Shown: positions 20,560 to 31,206 of the stretch, piece by piece
How positions within the stretch are numbered: the first letter of the stretch is position 1
Layout of the letters: each line of letters opens with the position of its first letter
Source of the DNA: Minisyncoccia bacterium
Lineage (GTDB): Bacteria > Patescibacteriota > Minisyncoccia > Phycocordibacterales > UBA918
DNA: 64,000 nt
Assembly (NCBI GenBank): GCA_046293175.1
Contig: JBKBPM010000001.1
Location: 235,446-299,445, forward strand
Direction: 5' to 3'
Position numbers and translations under genes: made by a program
Notes under the pieces: generated by a model
What the model was told of the DNA's origin: nothing
Databases searched by the model: none
Seen by the model: the letters and a program-made list of their open reading frames with translations, nothing else

Positions 20560-20937
20560 CTATTGGAGCGCAGCAATTATTTCAATGAGGATCGTAGGCA
20601 AATCACCACGAGCTCGTCGTCTGCGATTCGGGTCGTGTTTGGGAGACGACTTCAACACAAACAAGATTTGGTCGCCTGATTTATTCCAAATTGCATCACA
20701 CAAGTAATCGTCATGCTCTCGAAGAAGTCGCTCCCGAATGATATCCTGTCTGCCCAGTCTTAGGCCATAACACAAATCGATAGTTAAGAGCCCGTCTTTG
20801 CTCCCATCAAAGCGAATGTCTTTGATGTGTGGAGGAAGTTCTGCTTCCTTCTTTGCTCTGGTTCAGAGCGTGATGGTGTGAAATAATGCCCATTGTTCTT
20901 CTTCTGTCAGTGGCGTGACACTCGTCGAGTCCTTCAT
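20560..20937 (-). pseudogene. Orphan ORF with one in-frame TGA
   Basis: AAGGAGG SD, ATG at 20937, TGA at 20863-20865, frame continues to 20560. Confidence 0.55.
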
Positions 20938-21067
20938 GCTGTCCCTCCTTGTTGTACTTGTTTTTACTCGTACGCTGCCTGTACGTAGATATTATTATGA
21001 ACCTCTCAAAATGAGCGTAAAAGGTACCCACTGTGCGTATCGCGTGTTGTGGTAGAATATCGACATT

Positions 21068-22180
21068 ATGGAAATGCTTCTTTTTGCAGTTTTGGTGTTG
21101 TTAGTGATTTTAATTGGGATGGTGGCCTACGTCTTTTTTGTGCGGGTGGACAAGCCAGCGCAGACCCCTGAGTCGCTTCTCCTCATGCAGCAGCAGATGC
21201 AAGAGCTTTCGCGTATCGTGCAGAGTCAGATGAGTGAGCAGGCGAAACAGTCGCGTGAAGGGAGTCAGATGCAGTTCAAGGAGAGTCGTGAGCTCATGCA
21301 GCAGATCAATCGTGATGTGAACGAGCAGATTCGCGCAATTCAGGAAAGCGTGGGGGCAAAGCTCCTCCACGTGGAAAAGAGTGTTGCGACCGTGAGTGAG
21401 AGTAGTAAGCAGGTGTTTGCGGTCGCTGATCAGTTGAAAGAACTCCAGAATATTCTCAAGAACCCCAAGCAGCGCGGTATCCTCGGCGAGTACTATCTCG
21501 AGACAGTACTCCAAAATGTCTTGCCGCCCGAGAGCTTTGCGATGCAGTACGCTTTTGCTGATGGTGAGATAGTAGATGCCGCGGTATTTGTGAAAGGTAA
21601 GGTGATTCCAGTCGATTCAAAGTTCTCACTTGAAAACTACAACCGCTTTGCCGAAGCGGCCGACGGACAGGATAAAGTGAACTACGAAAAAGCCTTCCTT
21701 AACGACCTTAAACTCCGTATCACTGAAACCTCGAAATACATCCGCCCGACCGAAGGGACGATGGATTTTGCGTTCATGTTTATTCCACACGAGGGTATCT
21801 ACTATGATCTCCTCTCTAACCGGGTAGGAGCCGGAGAAGACAACCTCATTCAGCGCGCGGCCGGCAAGTACAAGGTGATTATTGTGTCACCAACCTCGTT
21901 CTTAGCCTACCTTCAGACAGTGCTGCAAGGACTGAAGGCGCTCGAGATCGAAGAGAAGGCGCAAGACATCATTAAGAACGTCGAAAAGCTCTCGGGTCAC
22001 CTCGCCAAGTACGAGGACTACTACAACAAGCTTGGTACGACTCTTTCAACAACAGTGAATCACTACAATGCTGGCTACAAAGAGCTTGCCAAGGTAGATA
22101 AAGATATCTTAAAAATCACTGGTGAAGCCGCTGGCGTAGAGATCCTCTCAATCGATAAACCAATCAAAGACGAAGAATAA
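21068..22180 (+). CDS. rmuC: DNA recombination protein RmuC
   Basis: N-terminal TM, coiled coil, RGILGE, PVDSKF, DFAFMFIP, VSPT. Confidence 0.93.
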   Translation: MEMLLFAVLVLLVILIGMVAYVFFVRVDKPAQTPESLLLMQQQMQELSRIVQSQMSEQAKQSREGSQMQFKESRELMQQINRDVNEQIRAIQESVGAKLLHVEKSVATVSESSKQVFAVADQLKELQNILKNPKQRGILGEYYLETVLQNVLPPESFAMQYAFADGEIVDAAVFVKGKVIPVDSKFSLENYNRFAEAADGQDKVNYEKAFLNDLKLRITETSKYIRPTEGTMDFAFMFIPHEGIYYDLLSNRVGAGEDNLIQRAAGKYKVIIVSPTSFLAYLQTVLQGLKALEIEEKAQDIIKNVEKLSGHLAKYEDYYNKLGTTLSTTVNHYNAGYKELAKVDKDILKITGEAAGVEILSIDKPIKDEE

Positions 22181-22205
22181 AAGTTACTTTACGAGTAACA
22201 ATAGT

Positions 22206-22802
22206 TTATTGGGTCAGGAGTTCTTTGCGCACTTTTGCTGCTTCAATACCAATCAAATTTTCTCGAATCTCTAGTGACATTATTTCAAAATCTTCACGCT
22301 CCTCTGGTGGCAGTGCGTCATAGTACTTCCGTATGTCTTCGTCAGAGACACGCTCGGCAGCTTTACTTTCAATAAATGTAGCTGTGGTGAGTCGACGGAG
22401 GACAAGTGCGCGGTATTTTTCTTCGGTCAGACCAAGTGACGCAATATAAGCTGCCAGACCGGCGGCATCAGTGTGATTATATTCCTCACGCAGCCAGGCA
22501 AATTGGATGAGGCTTTCCGGTACTGTGGTACCAGCTGCCACTGCCATATCATAGAGGCGTGCATCATCTTCGACTTGCTGGCGAGCACTTGCTTCAGCCA
22601 GTTCTTTTTCTTCTGGATTCAGATTGCGGGTATCAATTTGCTCGAGTAACAGGCGTTTAGCAATTTCTGTCTCAGTTTCTTCTATCGCTGGGGTTTCGAT
22701 TGGTACCGGGGCGGCAGTGTTTTGTTGCCGATACACCAATACGAAAAAAGTGGCTGCAATGGTTAAGGCAATAAATGTGAGTATGTAAATAAGAATCTTC
22801 AT
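22206..22802 (-). CDS. SurA/PrsA N-terminal-like membrane-anchored chaperone
   Basis: N-terminal TM; GLTEEKYR, VSDEDIRKYYD. Confidence 0.6.
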   Translation of the reverse strand: MKILIYILTFIALTIAATFFVLVYRQQNTAAPVPIETPAIEETETEIAKRLLLEQIDTRNLNPEEKELAEASARQQVEDDARLYDMAVAAGTTVPESLIQFAWLREEYNHTDAAGLAAYIASLGLTEEKYRALVLRRLTTATFIESKAAERVSDEDIRKYYDALPPEEREDFEIMSLEIRENLIGIEAAKVRKELLTQ

Positions 22803-22902
22803 GAATACATTATTGCATTGTGCTTCTGGTAAATAACATGATGCTGTGTATTAACTGACCAGTGACTTGGTTCTGTTGCTCTATACTATATGTACATGCA
22901 AT

Positions 22903-24666
22903 TTGCTCAAATATCTTATTGTAGCACTTTTAGCCTTGCCCGCTGCAGCTGCACTGGCCACGCCAAATCTCACCTCTTCACCACGTGGTCCCTATGGTCC
23001 ATATTATGTGGGACAAATGCCGATTTTTTATTACAATCTAAATAATACCGGCACAACTGATAACGGAACGGCGCGACCGCTTATGAATTCGAACTGGGTT
23101 GCAGTTGATATGTTTTCGGATAATAACTATCCATCTGGAAAAGGTCCACATGGTGGTTGGCAGTGGGTATCCGGGGATGCCTTTGGTCCAGTACCGGCCG
23201 GCGGATCAATTATAGTAAACAATGGTGGCGCACCAAGCTCTATCCGTTGGCCAGAAAATGACTACTGTATGGGTGCTGTCGGTAATCATCGGGTGATGCT
23301 TTATGTTGATAACGGTAATGATGTGGTAGAGACAAATAATAGTGACAATAATTCCATCTGGTCTAGCTTTACTGTTGTAAACCGTTCAACTCCAGCACCA
23401 GACCTCACCGCAACCCGCACTGCAACCGCCCTTGGTCCATTTGTGGCTGGCCAGCCAGCTTTACTACCGTTTGTGTTTGCTAACATCGGTACAGCAGTTG
23501 CTACTGAATCGCTTCGTGCTCGTGCACAGATAGATTTGTTTAGTGATGGTACTGTAAATGCAGCCACCACCTTTAATGGCAGACCAGCACTCGCAGTAGG
23601 AGAAAGTCGAACTGAAAATTTTACCTGGGCATCAGCCATAGCAGGAACACACCTCGTGCGTGTTACCTATGTTGATCATTGGTTTACGGTTGATGAGCTT
23701 AATGACTGCAACAACACCAGTAGCTGGGTATCCTTTCAGGTCTTGCCGGTTAATATTGAAGCTCGTCACGCAGCGCGCACAGTTCCTGCCGGGACAACCC
23801 TCTCGACGACCTCCATCAGTCTCCGTAATGTCGGCTCGATAACGTCACCAATTTTCCCATATCGTATATTGATTAATGGTGTACAGGTTGGCATGGGTAG
23901 TACTTCAGCGCCGATGGCTGTATCAGCGACCTGGACTAATCTCACCGTGCCTATCAATTGGACTGCTCCGGCAAGCTCGGCTACTCAGACCCTCGCCTTC
24001 ACCCTTGAAGTAACCGATCCAACCAATGGCCTTGAGGCCACGACCACTACCATCACCATCCCACCAACCTCTGGTCCGATCCCACGACTCATTTCTTGTC
24101 CAACTGCACTCTCAATTATTCTTGGTAATTCGAGTAACCTTACCGCTCGCTACTGGGCCGATCAGCCAATTTCGCCGACTTGTGCAACAGCTGGCTACAC
24201 CGATGTCACGAACAGTGCGACTTGGCTAAGCCAAAATATGGCCGTCGCGTCGGTAACGAACTCTGGCACCAGAGGGCAGGTGACTGGGCATAGTATTGGT
24301 ATCACCCCAGTGGTGGCTTCATACAGCAGTCTTTTTGCAACAACATCAGTGAGTGTCATTGCCAATCCAATTACGCTTGCGATTGCGCCAACGTCACGCT
24401 TTGTCCGCTCGGGATCAGCTGCTAGTCTCCGCATACTGATAACAGCGAATATCAATCTCAACTGTACAGTTACTGGTGGTGTAACAGCTCCAATTAATTT
24501 TTCACATACCGCCAATGTCGGTCAGGTCATCTATGGACCATATGCCACGAGACCGCTGGCAGCCACCCAAAAAGTGACCGTTACTTGCGTTAATCCACTT
24601 AATCCAGCCGAAACAGCGACCCAGTCAATTGATATTGAGGTGGTACCAGTCGCGCTCGAGGTGTAG
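22903..24666 (+). CDS. Secreted CARDB/Ig-like repeat surface protein
   Basis: Signal peptide from a probable TTG start; VDNGNDVVETNNSDN and VDELNDCNN CARDB motifs; Big_2-like ATWLSQN..VASV. Confidence 0.75.
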   Translation: MLKYLIVALLALPAAAALATPNLTSSPRGPYGPYYVGQMPIFYYNLNNTGTTDNGTARPLMNSNWVAVDMFSDNNYPSGKGPHGGWQWVSGDAFGPVPAGGSIIVNNGGAPSSIRWPENDYCMGAVGNHRVMLYVDNGNDVVETNNSDNNSIWSSFTVVNRSTPAPDLTATRTATALGPFVAGQPALLPFVFANIGTAVATESLRARAQIDLFSDGTVNAATTFNGRPALAVGESRTENFTWASAIAGTHLVRVTYVDHWFTVDELNDCNNTSSWVSFQVLPVNIEARHAARTVPAGTTLSTTSISLRNVGSITSPIFPYRILINGVQVGMGSTSAPMAVSATWTNLTVPINWTAPASSATQTLAFTLEVTDPTNGLEATTTTITIPPTSGPIPRLISCPTALSIILGNSSNLTARYWADQPISPTCATAGYTDVTNSATWLSQNMAVASVTNSGTRGQVTGHSIGITPVVASYSSLFATTSVSVIANPITLAIAPTSRFVRSGSAASLRILITANINLNCTVTGGVTAPINFSHTANVGQVIYGPYATRPLAATQKVTVTCVNPLNPAETATQSIDIEVVPVALEV

Positions 24667-24766
24667 TACGGCTAGATATCGCTTAAAATATAAGCTTTTG
24701 AAAACCTTGTGACACTGGGCAAAACCCCTTGCAATTTCTTCCAAATCTAGTACAATAGCGACCACT

Positions 24767-25099
24767 ATGGCAACAACTGCAACAAAAAACGAGGCTTTCG
24801 CCGTCATCATGACTGGAGGGAAGCAGTATGTCGTATCTGTGGGCGACACCCTCGAAGTAGAGCTTCTTGGTGATCACAAAGAAGGCGACACCATTACTTT
24901 TGATACCGTCCTCATGACTGACGATGGTGCTAAGGCGAACGTCGGCGCTCCCTACACTGGTGGGAAGGTAACTGCTACCTATCTCGGCGAGACCAAGGGC
25001 CCAAAGCTCTCTATCATCCGCTTCAAGGCCAAGAGTAACCGTGACCGCAAGATTGGTCACCGTCAGCACTACGCTAAGATCAAGATTGAAACAATCTAA
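24767..25099 (+). CDS. rplU: 50S ribosomal protein L21
   Basis: AVIMTGGKQY, GHRQ. Confidence 0.97.
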   Translation: MATTATKNEAFAVIMTGGKQYVVSVGDTLEVELLGDHKEGDTITFDTVLMTDDGAKANVGAPYTGGKVTATYLGETKGPKLSIIRFKAKSNRDRKIGHRQHYAKIKIETI

Positions 25100-25135
25100 A
25101 TAACAAAAAATCCCCGCGAGGGGATTTTTTGTTAT
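25100..25135. terminator. Bidirectional terminator
   Basis: ataacaaaaaatccc..gggattttt-gttat. Confidence 0.8.
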
Positions 25136-25141
25136 GCCAAG

Positions 25142-25423
25142 TCAGTTTGTAAAAGGATTTCGACTGAGTATACCACCGATGCGCATGGTGAGAGCAATCC
25201 TCTCTAATTCTTGCATAGCCGCGATAACTGCTTCCGCTTCTTTTGTCTTCGCAAGTAAATCAGCGCTTGGTAGATCCTGATAATCATTAAACATCTCAAT
25301 GAGGTCCTTGTCCTGCAGCGTCCTATTGGTACCAAGAGCAGCTAGTAGACAGGTATGTATAGCCTTCACTTTTTCAGCATACGGGAGTCTTTCGTTGGAG
25401 AGTGATGGTTGTTCAGATGACAT
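25142..25423 (-). CDS. Hypothetical protein
   Basis: Helical ORF directly downstream of recR. Confidence 0.5.
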   Translation of the reverse strand: MSSEQPSLSNERLPYAEKVKAIHTCLLAALGTNRTLQDKDLIEMFNDYQDLPSADLLAKTKEAEAVIAAMQELERIALTMRIGGILSRNPFTN

Positions 25424-25433
25424 ACAAAGAATA

Positions 25434-26057
25434 TTACCCTCGATTACGTAACGCATTTTTAATAGTCTCTGGATCGGCGTACTCAAGTTCACTACCAGTC
25501 GAGAGACCACGTCCGAGTTGGGACACCTGCGGCTTCTCGGGTACTTCAATACTATTGATAATTGATTCAACAAAACGTGCAGTATTTTCACCGTCGGGAT
25601 TCACCGCAAAGGCGAGAATGATCTCAGAGAGGCCAGTGTGGAGGCGGGCTTCGACAGTGGCCTTAAGTGCACCACCGCGGAGCTTCTTTTGGTCTTCACT
25701 ATGGAGGAGGGGTACAAGTCCGCCAAGGACAAAGTAGAGACCGTTGTATTGGCCGCTCTTTTCAATGGCAGTGATGTCGCTATCACTCGCCACTACCATG
25801 AGCTTCGTCTGGTCACGATTGGGGTTGCTGCAAATTACACAGAGTGGGGAAGTAGTTGTCGTCTGATTATGAGCAAAAAAGCGATGACACGACGCACACT
25901 CGAAGACTGTTGTATCGATTGAGGCAATGAGTTCAGCGAGGTTTTGGGCCTCAGCTTTACCCATGGTGAGGATATGAAAAGCAAAGCGCTTTGCTTGGCG
26001 GCTGCCAATCCCGGGAAATTTTTCGAAGTGAGCGATGAGTTGATCAAGAGTGGTCAT
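25434..26057 (-). CDS. recR: Recombination protein RecR
   Basis: PGIG HhH, C4 zinc finger, TOPRIM, ELEYAD. Confidence 0.96.
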   Translation of the reverse strand: MTTLDQLIAHFEKFPGIGSRQAKRFAFHILTMGKAEAQNLAELIASIDTTVFECASCHRFFAHNQTTTTSPLCVICSNPNRDQTKLMVVASDSDITAIEKSGQYNGLYFVLGGLVPLLHSEDQKKLRGGALKATVEARLHTGLSEIILAFAVNPDGENTARFVESIINSIEVPEKPQVSQLGRGLSTGSELEYADPETIKNALRNRG

Positions 26058-26059
26058 AC

Positions 26060-27454
26060 CTAGAAGTCGTCACCGTTACCTATATACGCACTTGTATGAT
26101 GTGTATCAAGATTAAGAAAGCGGACATGCTTGCCGTCGAAGTAGAGCTCGGCACTACCGACCGCTCCATGTCGGTGCTTTTCAACCAGGATTTCAGCAAT
26201 ATTTGGCCGCTCGGCTGGCTGGTCTTTGTTTTGTTTATCTTCACGGTGAATGAACATCACGACGTCAGCGTCCTGCTCAATCGAACCAGAGTCACGGAGG
26301 TCAGAGAGACGTGGCTTACCACCGCGCTGCTCCACGGCACGCGAGAGCTGCGAGAGGGCTATGACCGGCACATTGAGCTCACGCGCGAGGATCTTCAGTG
26401 AGCGGGAAATTTCGGTTACTTGCTGCACCATCGAATCACTCGCCTTCGTAGCGGTAGGGGACATGAGCTGCAAGTAGTCGACAATAATCATATCAAGACC
26501 ATGTTCGTTCTTGAGGCGACGGGCGGCCGAACGCATTTTCACGATATTAAGCGCTGGTTCGTCGACAATATACAGAGGCGCTGCATCAAGCTTCGCCATC
26601 GCGTCTTGGAGAGCGGCATACTCATTGTCGTCCTTAAGCCGACCATTACGAAGATTCCACGAATCAACACCAGATTCAGAGGCGAGCATACGCTCCACGA
26701 GCTGCTGTGAACTCATTTCAAGTGAAAAGACACCAACATGTGCGTCGTGCAAGAGCGCGGCATTGCGCGCGATATCAAGTGCCATGGTGGTCTTACCCAT
26801 ACCCGGTCGAGCTGCGAGGATGATGAGGTCAGACTTCTGAAAACCGCCCAGGAGGTTATCAAGACCCGTAAAGCCAGAGGGGACACCACGCCGTTCGTCG
26901 TGGTGTGTACTGAGGTACTCAAACTTTTCCCAGGCATCTTTAAGTGGCCGACCAATTTGTTCAAACTTTTGGGTGGTCGGTGCGTTCGTGACTTGGTAGA
27001 TGGTCTTTTCTGCCTTATCGATAGCTTCTTCGGTGTTCTCAGGGTTCTGATAGGCCATCTCGGCGATTTCTTCTGAGGCCTGGATGAGACCACGGAGAGT
27101 CGATTTTGCCTGTACCAGGTCAGCGTAATACTGCGCGTTGCCAGCCGCTGGCACGGTCTCGATGAGCTCGGCGATATACGCTGCACCCCCAACGCGCTCG
27201 AGGGCGTTCATGGTAGTGAGTTTGTTCGTGACTGAGACGATATCAATAGGATCACCCTTGAGGAAGATCTGGTAGATAGCATCGTAGATGACCCGGTGCT
27301 TGTCTGCATAAAAACTCTCTGGGAAGACCGTTACCGAGATATCGTGCATGACGTCGGGCTTCAGCAGTGTCGCACCAAGAAGTGCGCGTTCGGCGTCAAT
27401 ATTGTGGGGCGCAGTACGGAGGTTTTTATTAAGCGAGGGAGCGTGGTCGGCCAT
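26060..27454 (-). CDS. dnaB: Replicative DNA helicase
   Basis: AARPGMGKT, FSLEMS, VDYLQL, LRDSGSIEQDAD. Confidence 0.98.
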   Translation of the reverse strand: MADHAPSLNKNLRTAPHNIDAERALLGATLLKPDVMHDISVTVFPESFYADKHRVIYDAIYQIFLKGDPIDIVSVTNKLTTMNALERVGGAAYIAELIETVPAAGNAQYYADLVQAKSTLRGLIQASEEIAEMAYQNPENTEEAIDKAEKTIYQVTNAPTTQKFEQIGRPLKDAWEKFEYLSTHHDERRGVPSGFTGLDNLLGGFQKSDLIILAARPGMGKTTMALDIARNAALLHDAHVGVFSLEMSSQQLVERMLASESGVDSWNLRNGRLKDDNEYAALQDAMAKLDAAPLYIVDEPALNIVKMRSAARRLKNEHGLDMIIVDYLQLMSPTATKASDSMVQQVTEISRSLKILARELNVPVIALSQLSRAVEQRGGKPRLSDLRDSGSIEQDADVVMFIHREDKQNKDQPAERPNIAEILVEKHRHGAVGSAELYFDGKHVRFLNLDTHHTSAYIGNGDDF

Positions 27455-27560
27455 AGATGTGAGTAGTATACTCTAGATTGGTACCAGGGTGAGTATTGTG
27501 GAATCTGGGGATAGTGTGTATAGTTTTTTGAGGTTCAATCGGTTCGTGAGGTAAACCAAA

Positions 27561-27767
27561 ATGAAACGCGTCTTGGTAGTGTTCCTGTCGCTTGTTGCCG
27601 CTGGGTCTGTTACAGCTTGGATTTTTCCCGCTGTTCGTTCCCAGGTCATTTCTATTATGCTCATCGGGGTTCCGCTTTTCTTGTTCATATTCTCAATGCT
27701 GATGTACTATGGCAAGAGTGAGACGCCAAGTCACCGAGAAAGCGACAACGACCTCGAAAAAGGCTGA
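27561..27767 (+). CDS. Small two-TM membrane protein
   Basis: Hydrophobic ORF with GAGG SD. Confidence 0.55.
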   Translation: MKRVLVVFLSLVAAGSVTAWIFPAVRSQVISIMLIGVPLFLFIFSMLMYYGKSETPSHRESDNDLEKG

Positions 27768-27822
27768 GACCTGTCCGCCACAAAAAGCAAAAGCCCCGCA
27801 TCCGTGCTGGGCTTTGAACTAT

Positions 27823-29274
27823 TTACATTCTCGATACTTTGGTGCCCTGGGGGGTGTCTTCGACTGCAAAGCCTGCTTCATTAATGAGGGCGCGCAGGCG
27901 ATCACTTTCGCTCCAGTCCTTATCTAGACGAGCAATATCTCGCGCCTTCATGAGGTCTTGCACGGACTTTGGAATATCAGCGACACTCACGACCCCAATT
28001 GAAGCCAGGCCGGCGTCTCGTTTGTCCCTAAGACCAATATCAAGCACCATATCCATCGCCTGCATGGTGGCGCATTTTTCGTCTGGGCTGAGACGGTCGT
28101 CTTTGGTAATTTCAAAGAGGAGCGCAATGGCTTGCGGGGTATCGAGATCGTGATTGATGTATTCATGGAAACGTTGTAGGTAGTCAGGGTGGGGGGTGGT
28201 TGGTTTATTCCCATAATCTTCGTAGACGTAGCGCTTGAGGCGGAAGAGCGCCTGCTTTGCTGCCTTCATCGCTTCAAAGGTGAAATTAAGTGGTGAGCGG
28301 TAGTGGGCACCAAGGAGAAAATAGCGGTAATCGTCACCCGAGAAGCCAGCGTCCGAGAGCTGCTTCATGTTGATGGCGTTACCAAGTGATTTGCCGATTT
28401 TGCCATGATCAATGGTGATGAATTCATTGTGCATCCAGTAGCGGACGTACTGCTTGCCAGTGGCACATTCACTCTGAGCGATTTCAGCATTGTGGTGGGT
28501 ATGAATATGGTCGATACCGCCAGTATGGATGTCGATTTCTTTACCGAGGGTGGCCATGGCCATCGCGGAGCACTCAATATGCCAACCAGGGAAGCCTTTG
28601 CCCCAGCGACTATCCCACCCAAGTTCGCCCTTTTTCCAAACTGCGAAGTCCGCCGGATGGTGCTTTTCGGTATTTTCTTCGACTCTGGCACCGGAGCGCA
28701 GTTTAGTGAGATCTATATGTCCGAGACGGCCATAGGCGGGGAATTTTGCAATATCAAAGTAGACACCATCACTGGTCTCGTAGGTGTAACCTTTTTCTTC
28801 AAGTGTCTTCACGAGATCAATTTGCTCACGGAGATAATCACTCGCGCGCGAAAAGGTGGTTGGTTCCTTAATGCGGAGCTTTTTGATATCAGTCTTAAAG
28901 GCATCGATGTAAATGTCGGTTAACTCGCGCATAGCGTCGAGGGTGATGGGCTTACCCTCCCGACGAAGGCCTTTCATGATTTTGTCCTCGCCATCATCGC
29001 CATCATCGGTCAGATGACCAAAATCGGTGAGGTTAATGGTGTGTCGGACCTCATACCCATTGTATTCGAGCGTCTTTTTGAGAATATCGGCAAATACGTA
29101 CGAGCGGAGGTTCCCGATGTGGGCGAAGTCGTAGACTGTTGGTCCACAACTATAGAGGGTCACTACCGGCGCTTGGCGTGGGACAAAGAAGGCAATTTCG
29201 CGGGTTTCGGTTGAGTAGAGACGCAGTGGCGGAGCTGGTGGAAGGGGGTTTGATTTTTTGAAAAGTGAGAGCAT
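27823..29274 (-). CDS. cysS: Cysteine--tRNA ligase
   Basis: CGPTVY, HIGN, PGWHIECSAM, KIGKS (KMSKS variant). Confidence 0.97.
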   Translation of the reverse strand: MLSLFKKSNPLPPAPPLRLYSTETREIAFFVPRQAPVVTLYSCGPTVYDFAHIGNLRSYVFADILKKTLEYNGYEVRHTINLTDFGHLTDDGDDGEDKIMKGLRREGKPITLDAMRELTDIYIDAFKTDIKKLRIKEPTTFSRASDYLREQIDLVKTLEEKGYTYETSDGVYFDIAKFPAYGRLGHIDLTKLRSGARVEENTEKHHPADFAVWKKGELGWDSRWGKGFPGWHIECSAMAMATLGKEIDIHTGGIDHIHTHHNAEIAQSECATGKQYVRYWMHNEFITIDHGKIGKSLGNAINMKQLSDAGFSGDDYRYFLLGAHYRSPLNFTFEAMKAAKQALFRLKRYVYEDYGNKPTTPHPDYLQRFHEYINHDLDTPQAIALLFEITKDDRLSPDEKCATMQAMDMVLDIGLRDKRDAGLASIGVVSVADIPKSVQDLMKARDIARLDKDWSESDRLRALINEAGFAVEDTPQGTKVSRM

Positions 29275-29377
29275 AGTGGAGTTAACGCTAGACAGTAGTA
29301 ATAAGGAGTGGGAGGATTTGTTACCAACAGCAACAACTCATTGGCGATGATGATTTGTCGTGCGATAATAGGCTCAT

Positions 29378-30685
29378 ATGTATCAAGATACCACACGAGT
29401 AGCAGAAGAAAAAGATGTACCAAAGCGTCAGGGCGGAAAAACCGCACTGGCGGTAGCCCTTGCGCTCGTGCTCGCGACCGGTGCGTTTTTCTCTGGTCTT
29501 CATCTTGGTGGACAGAAAACTGGTATTGGGAATCTTAGTACCTTACTCGCGGGGGAAGCACAGCCTGATCCAAACGCCGACCTTAAAGAATTTTGGCGCG
29601 TCTGGGACCTACTTGATGAAAAGTTTGCGATAGCCTCTGGTACCGACCTATTGTCGCCTGAAGCGAAGGTAGCAGGAGCGATTGAAGGGCTTGTCCGTGC
29701 CTATGGTGATCCGTACACCACGTATTTTCCACCCAAAGAAGCCGAAGCATTTAATGAGGATATTTCTGGTAACTTTAGCGGTGTAGGGATGGAGGTAGGT
29801 ATGCGTGATGATATGCTTACTATCATTGCACCGCTCCCTGGTACTCCAGCCGAAAAAGCCGGATTGCTCGCTGGTGATAAACTTATCGCGATTAATGGTT
29901 CTTCAACTGATGGTATGGCAGTAGATGAAGCAGTTCGTCATATTCGTGGCGAAGAAGGTACTGTGGTGACCTTGTCTATCCTTCGAACTGGCATGACCGA
30001 ACCAACTGAGTACAAAGTAACTCGTGCTCAAATTGAAGTGCCAACCGTCAAGACTGAAAAGCGGGGTGACACCTTCATCATTTCACTCTACAGCTTTAAT
30101 GCCTTAGCCGAAATGAAAATGCAGCAAGCACTCCGTGACTATGTAAATAGTGGTGCGACGAAACTCGTCCTTGACCTCCGTGGTAATCCAGGTGGCTACC
30201 TCCAAGGTGCCGTCTCGATAGCGAGTTACTTTATGCCAGCTGGTAAGGTGGTCCTGCGCGAAAGCTTTGGTGACGAACGAGAAGAAGAGGTGTACCGCAG
30301 TCGGGGAGCCACCCTCAAGCAGTTTGCACCAAAAGAAATGGTGGTCTTAATTGATGGCGGTTCTGCTTCAGCGTCCGAGATTCTTGCTGGCGCGCTCCAG
30401 GAGCAGGGCTATGCGACTTTAGTTGGGGTAGCGTCATTTGGTAAAGGATCAGTACAGGAACTTGTGAATCTCCCGAGCGGTTCATCTTTGAAGGTGACGA
30501 TTGCCCGCTGGCTTACCCCAAATGGTCGCTCGATTTCAAACGGTGGTCTCACACCTGATATTGTCGTAGAGCGTACAGCGGCTGACCGTGAGGCTAATCG
30601 AGATCCTCAACTAGATGCGGCGATAGCAGTTCTCCATGGAACCTACGTCCCACCAGTAGCTACTACCACTCCTGAGAGTGAATAA
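29378..30685 (+). CDS. S41 carboxyl-terminal protease (CtpA) with PDZ domain
   Basis: DPYT, DLRGNPGG, SASASEI, FGKGSVQ. Confidence 0.95.
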   Translation: MYQDTTRVAEEKDVPKRQGGKTALAVALALVLATGAFFSGLHLGGQKTGIGNLSTLLAGEAQPDPNADLKEFWRVWDLLDEKFAIASGTDLLSPEAKVAGAIEGLVRAYGDPYTTYFPPKEAEAFNEDISGNFSGVGMEVGMRDDMLTIIAPLPGTPAEKAGLLAGDKLIAINGSSTDGMAVDEAVRHIRGEEGTVVTLSILRTGMTEPTEYKVTRAQIEVPTVKTEKRGDTFIISLYSFNALAEMKMQQALRDYVNSGATKLVLDLRGNPGGYLQGAVSIASYFMPAGKVVLRESFGDEREEEVYRSRGATLKQFAPKEMVVLIDGGSASASEILAGALQEQGYATLVGVASFGKGSVQELVNLPSGSSLKVTIARWLTPNGRSISNGGLTPDIVVERTAADREANRDPQLDAAIAVLHGTYVPPVATTTPESE

Positions 30686-30761
30686 TCCCTCGGCTGGTTG
30701 CCGAGACAAGCGGTTTTCGGTATGATGGCAACACTTTATAAGTTATAAACAGTACTCTCTC

Positions 30762-31202
30762 ATGAAAGTAATTTTACTGCGAGATGTGGCTCGCCTTGGG
30801 AAACGATTTAGTGTCGTAGAAGTACCCGACGGCTTTGCCCTCAATAAACTCATTCCGCAAGGCCAGGCGCAATCTGCGACGCCAGAGAACCTCAAACGAG
30901 TACAGGCCCGAAACAAGGAAGTGGCTGCTCATAAAGAGGCTGGTGAGGAGAGTCTTCGGGCAACTCTCAAAGCTCTAACGGAATCGCCCCTGACGGTTAG
31001 GGTGGAAGCAAACGCGCAAGGGCACCTCTTTCAAGCCGTAAAGGCTGCCGACATTGCTCTCGCTGCTGCGGCTGCTGGCCACCCAATTGAAGTTGCTGTA
31101 CTCCACATTAAGACCCCCATCAAGTCACTTGGGACACACATGGTAGGAGTCAAGGCTGGTGGGGTGAGTGGATCATTTACAATTAACGTAGAGACTAAGT
31201 AA
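30762..31202 (+). CDS. rplI: 50S ribosomal protein L9
   Basis: MKVILLRDV..LG, GFALNKLIP, IKSLG. Confidence 0.93.
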   Translation: MKVILLRDVARLGKRFSVVEVPDGFALNKLIPQGQAQSATPENLKRVQARNKEVAAHKEAGEESLRATLKALTESPLTVRVEANAQGHLFQAVKAADIALAAAAAGHPIEVAVLHIKTPIKSLGTHMVGVKAGGVSGSFTINVETK

Positions 31203-31206
31203 ACGT

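Noticed and set aside
20863-20865. Stop-codon reassignment (TGA as Gly/Trp) or selenocysteine
   Set aside because: Many conserved genes (truB, exonuclease, ftsW, scpB) end at TGA at the expected lengths; internal stops elsewhere are TAG or TAA.
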